Of a stretch of 62,482 bases of DNA, positions 44,799 to 54,224 are shown in pieces. The translations under genes and the position numbers were made by a program. Numbering within the stretch: the first letter of the stretch is position 1; every line of letters starts with the position of its first letter. Source of the stretch: an uncultured Dehalococcoidaceae bacterium (GTDB lineage: Bacteria > Chloroflexota > Dehalococcoidia > Dehalococcoidales > RBG-16-60-22); the NCBI GenBank assembly GCA_964456395.1, contig CAYWAU010000001.1:1-62482 (forward strand), in the 5' to 3' direction. The notes under the pieces are model-generated. The model saw only the letters and a program-made list of their open reading frames with translations. It was not told the DNA's origin and ran no database searches.

Positions 44799-45824
44799 AT
44801 GAAAAAGTTATCCGTAATATTTTCTGTCTTGATGGCTACACTGCTGCTTCTCAGCATGGTTGTCTCCTGTGCTCAGAAAGCCGAGGAACCGGTGATTTTA
44901 AGGATGAATCTGGCACCACCTCCCGGGGACCCCATGACAGTAGAATGCGAAGCCATGGCCGCGCGATTCAATGAGCGTGCCGGCCCCCAGTACACAATCC
45001 AGGTTTACCCTGGTGCGACACTGGCGGCACCACCGGAAATGCTTGATGCCGTGATGGCGGGGAACATCGAAATTGGCCTCCTGCCACTCGGTGCCTACGG
45101 CGGCGCCGATAACAGGCTTAACGCCATTGAATTCCCCTTTTTGTATAATAATATCCAGGCACTGGAGGCTGCCCAGGGACCTGATATTGTGAAGCTGTTA
45201 AATGAAGAGATATTCGAGGAGAAATTCAACCAGAAGATGCTGGGCCCCTTCCATACCATGTTTCTGGAACTCGTCTCCACCAAAAAACCGATTAAGACAA
45301 TGGAGGACTTTGACGGTCTGTTGGTTGGGAGCTTATCTCCCACTATCTCGGCCATAACCGAACTTCTGGGCGGTTCATCAGCAATCGTACCGTGGATGGA
45401 AATAGCCGGCGCCATGGAGAAGGGAGTGGTAGACGCATCATTTCAAGGACCCGTCTGGATTGTGGTAGGGGGACTGACCGACGTTTGTAACTATGTTACA
45501 TTTACTGCCATTGTCCCTACTTCATACGGAATGAATATCAACCTTGACGTTTATAATGCCATGCCAAAGGACGTCCAGGAAATACTGCTTGAGGAAGCAG
45601 AGCGGGCGTGCTTTGACATGAACAAAGTATTCACTGGCGAGTATTTAAAGAGTGCAGATGTATTTGCTTCCAAAGGGCTGGAGGTCTATACCCTTACCAA
45701 GGAAGAACGGGAAAGATGGCATCAAGCGCTCATCCCATATATTGAGGAGAATTTTGCCAGCTGGGGTGAGTTTGGTAAGAAGTTCAAAGCCATTGCCGAC
45801 AAAGCAAATGCGGCGAACCCTTAA
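44799..45824 (+). CDS. TRAP transporter substrate-binding lipoprotein (DctP family), tandem paralog
   Basis: 341 aa from ATG 44799, after AAGGAGG. Lipobox VVSC. Collinear with SBP 1, including the ...IADKANxxNP C-terminus. Confidence 0.85.
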   Translation: MKKLSVIFSVLMATLLLLSMVVSCAQKAEEPVILRMNLAPPPGDPMTVECEAMAARFNERAGPQYTIQVYPGATLAAPPEMLDAVMAGNIEIGLLPLGAYGGADNRLNAIEFPFLYNNIQALEAAQGPDIVKLLNEEIFEEKFNQKMLGPFHTMFLELVSTKKPIKTMEDFDGLLVGSLSPTISAITELLGGSSAIVPWMEIAGAMEKGVVDASFQGPVWIVVGGLTDVCNYVTFTAIVPTSYGMNINLDVYNAMPKDVQEILLEEAERACFDMNKVFTGEYLKSADVFASKGLEVYTLTKEERERWHQALIPYIEENFASWGEFGKKFKAIADKANAANP

Positions 45825-45925
45825 CCTTACTAGCCAGTACGCTTAAATTTTACGATAGCGTTGCTTCGTTTGAAGGCAACCCGGAAATATCAAGCAGGCA
45901 CAGTTGCTATCAGGAGGCTGCGTAA

Positions 45926-46453
45926 TTGGCCGGCAGTATCAAACAGAAAGTAGACCGCGTAATTGAACTGGCGAGTCACCTCTTTCTGGTGCTCAGCGGG
46001 GTTCTGATAGTGATAATGATGTTTGCCGCAACCTACGGCGTGTTAAGGCGGTACGCGTTCAATAGCCCGGAGCCCTACTCATATGAAATCAGCACCATGT
46101 TTCTATTGTTCTCCTTTGTATTCGCCATATCGGCGGTAGAAAGGCTGGGCCGGCATATCAGGGTTGATTTCGTCAGTGGTCGCCTGCCTGAACGCGTACA
46201 GCATATCATCGTTAATGTTATCGCCCCGATTATGGGACTTTTCTTTGCCTTCATCCTCACCTGGAAGGGCCTTGACGTATCGCTATTCTCGTTAAAAATC
46301 GGCGAAGTTAGTTCGTCATCGTGGCGAGAGCCCCTGTTCCCGATAAAGCTCATGGTGCCCATAGGCTATACCCTGCTTATCCTCGTCCTCTTAACCAGAA
46401 TTTATAAGGGCTTTGCTTTACTGAAAGGCAACACAAAGACGCTGGCAGATTAG
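45926..46453 (+). CDS. dctQ: TRAP transporter small permease (DctQ)
   Basis: 175 aa with TTG start 8 nt after AGGAGG. Four hydrophobic segments. Positioned between the SBP and DctM genes. Confidence 0.75.
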   Translation: MAGSIKQKVDRVIELASHLFLVLSGVLIVIMMFAATYGVLRRYAFNSPEPYSYEISTMFLLFSFVFAISAVERLGRHIRVDFVSGRLPERVQHIIVNVIAPIMGLFFAFILTWKGLDVSLFSLKIGEVSSSSWREPLFPIKLMVPIGYTLLILVLLTRIYKGFALLKGNTKTLAD

Positions 46454-46508
46454 CTCTCACCACGGCTTGTTGCTTTATAAGCTTACTACCTGGCAAATTA
46501 GGAGGGTC

Positions 46509-47810
46509 ATGGATTATACTACGGCGGCTGTAGTATGTGTGGCCGGTATGCTCTTCTTCCTGATGCTGGGAGTGCCTATTGCTTACGCTCTCGGATTTGT
46601 TTCGGTAATTGTCGGACTCATCACTTTCGGAAGTGTTTGTCTCCAAAAAGTCGGCTGGATGACGTTTCACCTGCTGTTCAATTTGAACTGGACCCCGCTG
46701 CCACTGTTTACGTTAATGGCCTGCATCATCGCCGAAACCAGAATAGGCGAAGACCTCTACCGGGCTGCCAGAAACTGGCTGTCCCGCGTCCCCGGAGGGC
46801 TGGTTGTGGCCAGCATTATGGGTGAAGCGGGGATGGCCGCCGCATTGGGTGCCAGCGGCCCCACCATAATCGCCGTGGGCAAAGTGGCGGTACCGGAACT
46901 TGAAAGATACGGCTACAACAGGGCGCTCGGCCTGGGTGCGCTGACCTGCGGGGGCGTCCTGGGCCCATTGATTCCCCCCAGCGCCACCATGATTATCTTC
47001 GCTATTTTGGCGAATGTGCCTCTAGGCCGACTTTTCATAGCGGGAGTTGTACCCGGTATCATCCTGGCCTTAATGCTGTCAATAGTACCTATAGTCCTCT
47101 GCTCACGAAATCCCTCACTCGGAGGTGCCGCCGGCGGCGTCAGCTGGTCAGCGAGGTTCTCTTCGCTCAAAAATGTCTGGCCCATAGTTCTGGTGATGTT
47201 TTGTGTCCTCGGCTCGATTTATCTCGGGGTGGCTACGCCGACTGAAGCCGGAGGAGTCGGCTGCTTTGTCGTACTGGTGGTGGCGGTCTCAACCTTTGGC
47301 CTCAGGCTTAAAGGTCTGTACCGGGCAATGCTGGAAGCGGCGCTGATAAATTCAATGATTCTGATTATCCTGGTCGGGGCTTCGTTCTTTTCTTACGTGG
47401 TGGGAAGTTCCGCCCTGGCGGAGCGTTTATCCATCCTCGTCACATCTTTGGGGGTATCCCCGATTTTTGTGGTCATCAGCATCATGGTAGCTCTCCTGAT
47501 TCTGGGCTGCTTTATAGAGGGGATTACCATCATGATGCTGACCATACCTATCTTTGTCCCTATGGTCCTCGCCCTGGGTTATGACCCGCTGTGGTTCGGG
47601 ATATTGTACGTAACTAATATGGAGATAGCCCTGATAACACCGCCGATGGGCATAAACCTGTTTTTGGTGAGAAACACCTTTAATATCGGAAGCGGTGAGC
47701 TTCTCAGAGGGATACTACCTTTCCTATTTGTCCTAATCCTCTTCCTGGCAGTCATGGTAGCTTTTCCCCAGCTGAGTCTCTGGCTGCCCGGTATGATGAT
47801 AGGACGATAA
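46509..47810 (+). CDS. dctM: TRAP transporter large permease (DctM)
   Basis: About 433 aa from ATG 46509, after AGGAGGG. Polytopic membrane protein with DctM-like repeats. Confidence 0.85.
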   Translation: MDYTTAAVVCVAGMLFFLMLGVPIAYALGFVSVIVGLITFGSVCLQKVGWMTFHLLFNLNWTPLPLFTLMACIIAETRIGEDLYRAARNWLSRVPGGLVVASIMGEAGMAAALGASGPTIIAVGKVAVPELERYGYNRALGLGALTCGGVLGPLIPPSATMIIFAILANVPLGRLFIAGVVPGIILALMLSIVPIVLCSRNPSLGGAAGGVSWSARFSSLKNVWPIVLVMFCVLGSIYLGVATPTEAGGVGCFVVLVVAVSTFGLRLKGLYRAMLEAALINSMILIILVGASFFSYVVGSSALAERLSILVTSLGVSPIFVVISIMVALLILGCFIEGITIMMLTIPIFVPMVLALGYDPLWFGILYVTNMEIALITPPMGINLFLVRNTFNIGSGELLRGILPFLFVLILFLAVMVAFPQLSLWLPGMMIGR

Positions 47811-47860
47811 ATCATCGGCTACCTGAAGACAATTGGCGGCTGCCGCAAAATGGGAGCACG

Positions 47861-49033
47861 TTATCTTAGTCGCTTATCCAGTGGTGAGGTCTTTTTCTCT
47901 CTTGACGGCAGAGCCACTGTGGCGTGACCGGGCATAACATCCTCTCGCCTCTGGTTGATAGCGTGCAGGTCAATGTCAACGCAGTACTCGCCATCTTCAT
48001 TAACGTATTTCCTGGTGACGTTGCCCTTGAGCCAGACCACATCCGAGTGATAGACGAACCGGTGATATTCAACGCGACTCCTCTTCAACCAGCCATCATC
48101 GCCCATCCAGTTGGTCAGCAGGTGAATTCCCCAGCAGTGTCTTTGTATGCCGACATCGTAAGGCTGGGGAAGCCCCATGGCGTTAGCTGCCTGGATATTG
48201 TAATGGACAGCAAATATTGGCTCCAGAGCGTGTGTATTCGGGTCTCGGAACGACCACGCCGGGTGCCGGCGGTACTGTCGTAATGCCAGGCCATGAGCCC
48301 TTAAACGGGGGATGGGTGCTCCCCCGCCAATTAAGAACGCCACTTCATCTGTCATCCCTATCGGCCCCTTTACCACTGGTTTAAGCTCCTCTCCAACCGC
48401 AACATCTTCCCAGTAGCGAGGTTGGGCACCCCTTATCTCCTCGGCAAGCACTTCTTCTTCAATATTTTTGAGTTCTTCTTCTATCCAGGGGTGGGGGAGT
48501 TCAATCTTGCTGTATTTACCCTTTTCCCTGGCTTTAGCTCTGGAAAAATGCATTACTGACCAGCGGTACTTGGCTACAAGTTCGCCCCGCTGGTTCCAAT
48601 ATTTGTTATCGAAATGGTCAATTACGGTCTCCTCGGCAAACCGGCTTGCTTTTGGCCCTTCGAAGCTGGTAAAAACGCAGTCCGGCGTTATTTTGTCACC
48701 CAGATATATAGGTCTGAGGAACTCTAAATCACAGCCGGAATGGAAACCTCCCAACCCCCTCCAGCCGAACTGCACTTGAGCGAAGCAAGCCCAGATGAAT
48801 GAAGGGGGCGCTATAATGCTGCCATAACGTGTCTTTTTGGCGTATTCCGCATCCGTCCAGAGTGGATTGGGATCGCCTATTCCCTCGGTAAACTTTAGTA
48901 TTGTCATTCTGGTAGCATCTTCGTTGTGTATTGAGTCATCGGTGCGGAGCTTAAGTCCCAGCTTGGCGCGCATGCTGTCCAGCATTTCCTGAGTGATACT
49001 GGCTTTTGGCATCTCGGCTTTCTTTTTAGCCAC
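47861..49033 (-). CDS. double hot-dog MaoC/FAS1-like (R)-specific acyl-CoA hydratase/dehydratase
   Basis: 390 aa. N-terminal MaoC-N-like segment (ILKFTEGIGDPNPLWTD) and a second hot-dog half. The size is that of fused hydratases such as mesaconyl-CoA hydratase. Confidence 0.6.
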   Translation of the reverse strand: MAKKKAEMPKASITQEMLDSMRAKLGLKLRTDDSIHNEDATRMTILKFTEGIGDPNPLWTDAEYAKKTRYGSIIAPPSFIWACFAQVQFGWRGLGGFHSGCDLEFLRPIYLGDKITPDCVFTSFEGPKASRFAEETVIDHFDNKYWNQRGELVAKYRWSVMHFSRAKAREKGKYSKIELPHPWIEEELKNIEEEVLAEEIRGAQPRYWEDVAVGEELKPVVKGPIGMTDEVAFLIGGGAPIPRLRAHGLALRQYRRHPAWSFRDPNTHALEPIFAVHYNIQAANAMGLPQPYDVGIQRHCWGIHLLTNWMGDDGWLKRSRVEYHRFVYHSDVVWLKGNVTRKYVNEDGEYCVDIDLHAINQRREDVMPGHATVALPSREKKTSPLDKRLR

Positions 49034-49065
49034 GATTTGTCTCCTGCATTTGATTTATGTTTTAT

Positions 49066-50427
49066 CTAGCCGGTCTGTCCTATATCACCGCCGTACATTT
49101 TTCCTAGCTCGCTGCGGTAATCGGGGTCAAACCAGCCGGCCCCCTGCTCCTCTATCAGGTCGGCACGGCTGGCTCTGCCTGATGGGAAGGTAGGGCTTCG
49201 CCCCAGCACGTCCGCTTGTTCCAGTGCTTCCATCTCTTCCGCTGACATACCCAGTAAAGAGCCAAACACGTATTCATTGTCTTGAGCAAAACGAGGTGCC
49301 CTTTTTTGAACAAAACTTTCCATGCCGCTGAACTTGGCCGACATCTGGCTGGCAATTGGTCTCTTACCAATCCCTTCGCCGTGGTCGATTAACTGAAAGA
49401 AACCGCGTTCAATGAGGTGAGGGTTAAGATTTACTTCTTTCATATTGAGTACGGCTCCCGATGGAACCCCGGCCTCCTGTAGAACTTGCATCACTTCAAT
49501 GTGGTCACGCTGGCAGGTCCACTCCTCAACCAGTCTGTCAAGGTCTGGCTGGTTCTGTCGCCGACTCCGGGCATCGGCAAATCTTTCGTCTCTGGCCCAC
49601 GCCGGGCCGCCAATGGCCTGGCAGAACCGCTGCCATTGCCCGTCATTCTCCACGGCGATGTTCACCCAGCTATCATCACCCTTACAGCGATAGCACCCGT
49701 GTGGTGCTGATGAAACGTGTCGGTTGCCGTCTCGCAGCTTGTCTCGCTTATTCAGAGTATACTCCATGATGATTTCCCCGACATGGCAGGCAACGGCTTC
49801 CCGGCCCGAGACATCCACGTACTGTCCCTTACCGGTCATCATGCGATAGTACAGTGCTATCATCAGGGCCGCGGCGGCATTGGCGCCGGTTACCCAATCC
49901 CCGTAGGCATAGCCTGAGAGCAGAGGCTCCCCGTCGGGGTAGCCGGTGCTATATGTCAGCCCGCTCATTCCTTCCATACCCGGTACGTACATGTAGAAAT
50001 CCCTTAACGGCCCGTAGTGCCCCAGACCACTCATGGATACCATGATTATATCCGGCCTGACCTTTTTCAGCTCTTCGTAACCCAATCCCCAGTTGCCCAT
50101 GACCCTGGGTGAGAAATTCTCGATAACAACATCACTTATCCTGACCAACTGCTTGAATAGCTCTCTGCCCTTCTCAATGCCTAGGTTGAGAGATATACCC
50201 CGTTTCCCGGCGTTCAGGGTGTGGAAAAAGCAACCGCGATTCCATGGCTCTTCTCCGGGAGTATTCTCTGGATAGACATTGGCCCGGGTATAGACGTCGG
50301 CACGCTGGACAGACTCTATCTTGATGACCTCAGCCCCCATATCAGCCAGTATCTTGGTGCTTACCGGCCCGGCGAAGACCATGGTCAGGTCAAGAACTCT
50401 TATTCCGTCTAATAATTTGTATGTCAT
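49066..50427 (-). CDS. family III CoA-transferase (longer, 453-aa form)
   Basis: IRVLDLTMVFAGPVSTKILADMGAEVIKIES, and the APHGCYRCKGDDSWVNIAV internal motif. Confidence 0.85.
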   Translation of the reverse strand: MTYKLLDGIRVLDLTMVFAGPVSTKILADMGAEVIKIESVQRADVYTRANVYPENTPGEEPWNRGCFFHTLNAGKRGISLNLGIEKGRELFKQLVRISDVVIENFSPRVMGNWGLGYEELKKVRPDIIMVSMSGLGHYGPLRDFYMYVPGMEGMSGLTYSTGYPDGEPLLSGYAYGDWVTGANAAAALMIALYYRMMTGKGQYVDVSGREAVACHVGEIIMEYTLNKRDKLRDGNRHVSSAPHGCYRCKGDDSWVNIAVENDGQWQRFCQAIGGPAWARDERFADARSRRQNQPDLDRLVEEWTCQRDHIEVMQVLQEAGVPSGAVLNMKEVNLNPHLIERGFFQLIDHGEGIGKRPIASQMSAKFSGMESFVQKRAPRFAQDNEYVFGSLLGMSAEEMEALEQADVLGRSPTFPSGRASRADLIEEQGAGWFDPDYRSELGKMYGGDIGQTG

Positions 50428-50442
50428 TCCAATTCCTCAAGA

Positions 50443-51648
50443 TTAAACAATTCCTTCTGCCTGCAACTGGGTAAGAGCCTCCCGGCTATAGCCAAGCCGA
50501 CCATATATTTCCTCGTTGTGTTCACCCAGCAGGGGGGCGCGGCACGCCTGCCATGGAGACTCATTTAGCTTGGCTGGTGCCCCGGGATAGGTGACTTCGC
50601 CCATAACCGGATGCTCGGCCCGGGCAAAGAACTCCCTCGCCTGAATCTGTTCGTCCTCCAGCAACTCTCCCGGGCTGAGGACTGGTGTGAAGGCCAGCCG
50701 GACCTGCTGGGCTTTTTTGGTTATCTCCCATTTATCATGCTCCTTGAGCCAGGGAATGATGAGGTCATCGAACTTATCCGGCGCCGCCATACGGGCACGC
50801 GGTTCGGTGAAGAGGGGGTCATCCATCAACTCCGGTTTCTCAATGAGCAAGGGGATATTGGGCGCTCCGCCTATTCCCGGCGTCAGGCTTATCCACCCAT
50901 CTTTACAGGGAACGCTGTAACCAATAGGGTAGCCATGAATGGCAAACGGATTGGTTCTTCTACTCAGCCCGATGTACGGGTATTCGGCAGCGTGCCCCAT
51001 CACCGTACTGGCAACACATCCCATCGCTGCTATATCAATGAGCGTACCACGGTTGGTGCTCTCCCGCTTGATGAGTGCCGCTACGGTAGCTATGAAGCTG
51101 AGCACACCGGTGGCGTACTCAGCCTGAAAACCGGCCTCAGCCACTGGCCGCTCGGTCGGCTTGGTGGCTGGTCGCATGGTGGACATCGCTCCACCCAGAC
51201 CGTATACCGTGAAGCCTGTGGCAGCATAGTCCCGGTAGGGTCCCGTTTGCCCGAAATATGATATTGAGGTCATTATCAGGTCAGGATTAATCTCCCTTAA
51301 AACTTCACAGGATAAACCGAGTTCGGACATTGTGCCCGGTTTGCAGTTTTCCGCCAGGACATCAGCTTCTTTAACCAGCTCTTTAAATATCCTGATTCCT
51401 TTTTCACTCTCAATGTCCAGGGTAACGCTTTTCTTGCTGGTATTGAGGTAAAAAAAGGTCCCGCTTTTTTCGTTGTCGGGTTCGTCGCCGGCGAAGGGCT
51501 CCATGCCTCTCGTGGCGTCTCCCTCTCGCGGCCGCTCAACCTTGATTACCTCGGCACCAAAATCAGCCAGCAGCTTGGTACAATAGGGCCCGGCAATCCC
51601 AGAGGTGCAGTCGACAACTCTTAAGCCGGTAAAAGCTTGTTCTGGCAT
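50443..51648 (-). CDS. family III CoA-transferase
   Basis: 401 aa. LRVVDCTSGIAGPYCTKLLADFGAEVIKVERP. Confidence 0.85.
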   Translation of the reverse strand: MPEQAFTGLRVVDCTSGIAGPYCTKLLADFGAEVIKVERPREGDATRGMEPFAGDEPDNEKSGTFFYLNTSKKSVTLDIESEKGIRIFKELVKEADVLAENCKPGTMSELGLSCEVLREINPDLIMTSISYFGQTGPYRDYAATGFTVYGLGGAMSTMRPATKPTERPVAEAGFQAEYATGVLSFIATVAALIKRESTNRGTLIDIAAMGCVASTVMGHAAEYPYIGLSRRTNPFAIHGYPIGYSVPCKDGWISLTPGIGGAPNIPLLIEKPELMDDPLFTEPRARMAAPDKFDDLIIPWLKEHDKWEITKKAQQVRLAFTPVLSPGELLEDEQIQAREFFARAEHPVMGEVTYPGAPAKLNESPWQACRAPLLGEHNEEIYGRLGYSREALTQLQAEGIV

Positions 51649-51855
51649 GTCGTCACCTTTCCTTTTTATCGCTCGCTGTGGAGCCGGTGCCGGTCAACGG
51701 CTGGAGGCTGGTGAATAGAGTGGTGCGCTGAACTATCCTCTCCGAGATACATACCTGCCTGTCCTGTGCCATTCTATCATAAAATCTCTGGCTTGATAAG
51801 GTCTCGGCCGGCTGTACGCGGCCGGGATACGCAATTATGGCAGGGCGAAAAAATA

Positions 51856-51864
51856 TGATATAAT
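51856..51864 (+). promoter_or_regulatory. candidate extended -10 element (TGATATAAT) for the SDR gene
   Basis: Read directly, ~90 nt upstream of the 51955 start. Confidence 0.3.
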
Positions 51865-51954
51865 ATCGGCGAGTTGAGACGGGGAACGAGGGGTCTAACC
51901 ACCCTGCCGTGATTCCAGGCATATTATTTCTAAAGAAAGGGAGGATAACTAACA

Positions 51955-52716
51955 ATGAGACTGGCTAACAAGGTAGCTATAATTACGGGGGCAGGTTCCG
52001 GAATAGGGAGAGCTTCGGCAACACTGTTCGCCAAGGAGGGTGCCAAGGTAGTGGTTGCTGACATAAATGACGCCGCCGGAGAGGAGACGGTAAAAGCTAT
52101 CAAGTCAGGCGGCGGCGAGGCTATTTTTGTCCATACTGATGTCTCCAAAGCTTCCGATGACGAAAACCTCGTCAAGGTAACCAGGGACAAATTCGGCAAA
52201 ATCGACATACTCTTTAACAATGCCGGTGTACCGCAGAGAAGCATGTCGATTGCGAATCTGGACGAATCGTTGTGGGACCGCATTTATGCGGTTAATGTTA
52301 AGAGTATCTTTCTGACCGCGAAATATGCCGCGCCCGTAATGAAAGAGGCGCGGGGTGGCGTTATCATCAATCTCGCCTCCATCATCGGAGTTAGACCCCG
52401 GCCGGGTAACCTCGCTTACGCCAGTTCTAAAGCTGCGGCTATTCACCTGACCAAGATATTAGCCCTGGAATTCGCCCCGGATAATATCCGGGTTAATTGC
52501 ATTAACCCGGTAGCGGCGGATACACCCATGCTGGAACAATTCTTCCCCGAGGGTGCCGACCCGGATGAACTTAAGAGGTTGACGATAGGCACGATTCCTC
52601 TGGGACGCCTGGGTAAGCCGGAGGACATCGCTTATGCGGCTTTATACCTGGCTTCTGATGAATCCACATTTGTCACCGGCTCATCCATAGATGTTGACGG
52701 AGGACGGGGAATCTAG
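51955..52716 (+). CDS. short-chain dehydrogenase/reductase (classical SDR, FabG-like)
   Basis: 253 aa. TGAGSGIG, NNAG, and the YASSKAA catalytic YxxxK motif. Confidence 0.9.
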   Translation: MRLANKVAIITGAGSGIGRASATLFAKEGAKVVVADINDAAGEETVKAIKSGGGEAIFVHTDVSKASDDENLVKVTRDKFGKIDILFNNAGVPQRSMSIANLDESLWDRIYAVNVKSIFLTAKYAAPVMKEARGGVIINLASIIGVRPRPGNLAYASSKAAAIHLTKILALEFAPDNIRVNCINPVAADTPMLEQFFPEGADPDELKRLTIGTIPLGRLGKPEDIAYAALYLASDESTFVTGSSIDVDGGRGI

Positions 52717-52804
52717 GGGATGCGACCTGCGGAATTTCTAGCTTGAGGAACTGCTCCGGGACAGATTTCAGGTGCCAGAATGTACGTGAGGAGTTAAACC
52801 GAAT

Positions 52805-54190
52805 ATGAAAGACCCCAAAAGCCCTACCCACGTAATAGCCGATTTTGTCGTCAATACCGCCTATGAGGACCTGCCTGATGCTGCCGTTCAATATGCCAAG
52901 ATGAGCATCGTTGATGGCATAGGGACATGCATAGCCGGCTCGGAAAGTCCCGCCGGCAGGATAATCACCGATTACGCCAGAGAAGGAGATAGCCGGCCTG
53001 AAGCCACGGTTATCTCCAAAGGTTTTAAAACAGGCGCTCCAGAAGCAGCCCTGGCCAACGGCACCATGATGCACGCTCTGGACTATGATGATTGTGCTGA
53101 AAACTTCCTGGGTCACCCGACCACGGTCATTCTGCCGGCTGTTTTGGCGTTGGGAGAGAGTACCGGGATATCGGGTAAAGAGGCTTTATTATCATATATC
53201 CTGGGCTACGAGGTCGGCAGCAAAATTGGTTCCGGGATGGGCTCGGCTCATTATGACGCGGGCTGGCACCCCACGTCTACTATCGGTGCCCTGGCGGCAG
53301 TGATAGCGGCGACCAGGATATTGAGGCTTGATGTTCCACAAACCAGGACGGCAATTGGTATTGCTGCCTCTTTAGCCAGCGGATTACGACAAAATTTTGG
53401 AACGATGACCAAACCTCTACACGCCGGGAACGCGGCTCGTAACGGTGTGTTCGCGGCATTGCTGGCCCAAAAGGGATTCACCTCTGACCAGGGAATATTA
53501 GAAAACCCTCTGGGTTTTGCCAGGGTATTTAGCGGGACCGTAGAAGCCGATTTAAAGAAGATGATTAGCAATTTGGGGGCTCCATTTGAGATAGTCTCCG
53601 ATGCGCCTATAATAAAACTGTACCCTTCCTGCCGCGCCACAGCCGGGTGTATTGATGCTATTCTTCATCTCGTCAGACGGCATAATATTGGTGCTGACGA
53701 CGTAGGTGAAGTGGAATGTAGAACAAGCCCGCACACTCCAACGGTATTAATTCACTCACGCCCACAAACCGCATTGGAAGGCAAATTTAGCCTTCAATAC
53801 TGCATGGCGATAGCTATTGTTGATAGAGAAGTGGGATTGGGACAATTCACGGACGACAAGGTGCAAAACGCCCAAATTCAGAAGTTAATCACCAAAGTGA
53901 GGTACACTCATCCGCCAGAGATTGGCTCGGCTTCGGCCGACTCAATGCGAGGGAGAGTTGAAGTGGCGGTAAGGCTCAAGAACGGCACCGAGTTCTCCAA
54001 ACCGGTTGAAGCGGCCAAGGGCGACCCCAGGAATCCGCTATCACAGGAGGAGATGGAATCCAAGTTCCTGGACTGTGCCAGGCTTGTGTTCTCACCACAG
54101 GATGCCAGGCGGTGCCTGGATAATATTTTGCAGCTGGAACATATCAGAGATATCTCCGAATTAATGAAACTGCTCTACAATCCGGCATGA
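52805..54190 (+). CDS. MmgE/PrpD-family protein (second copy)
   Basis: 461 aa. DGIGTCIAGSE, HALDYDD, LYPSCRAT. Confidence 0.8.
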   Translation: MKDPKSPTHVIADFVVNTAYEDLPDAAVQYAKMSIVDGIGTCIAGSESPAGRIITDYAREGDSRPEATVISKGFKTGAPEAALANGTMMHALDYDDCAENFLGHPTTVILPAVLALGESTGISGKEALLSYILGYEVGSKIGSGMGSAHYDAGWHPTSTIGALAAVIAATRILRLDVPQTRTAIGIAASLASGLRQNFGTMTKPLHAGNAARNGVFAALLAQKGFTSDQGILENPLGFARVFSGTVEADLKKMISNLGAPFEIVSDAPIIKLYPSCRATAGCIDAILHLVRRHNIGADDVGEVECRTSPHTPTVLIHSRPQTALEGKFSLQYCMAIAIVDREVGLGQFTDDKVQNAQIQKLITKVRYTHPPEIGSASADSMRGRVEVAVRLKNGTEFSKPVEAAKGDPRNPLSQEEMESKFLDCARLVFSPQDARRCLDNILQLEHIRDISELMKLLYNPA

Positions 54191-54224
54191 TGTGACCGGG
54201 TACAGGGTTAGCATTTCCTCATTT

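Noticed and set aside
51653-51955. 100-aa minus-strand ORF in the CoA-transferase/SDR intergenic region
   Set aside because: It would start inside the SDR RBS/start region and read through a promoter-like A/T tract. There is no RBS and no recognisable family, so it is treated as a divergent promoter region.
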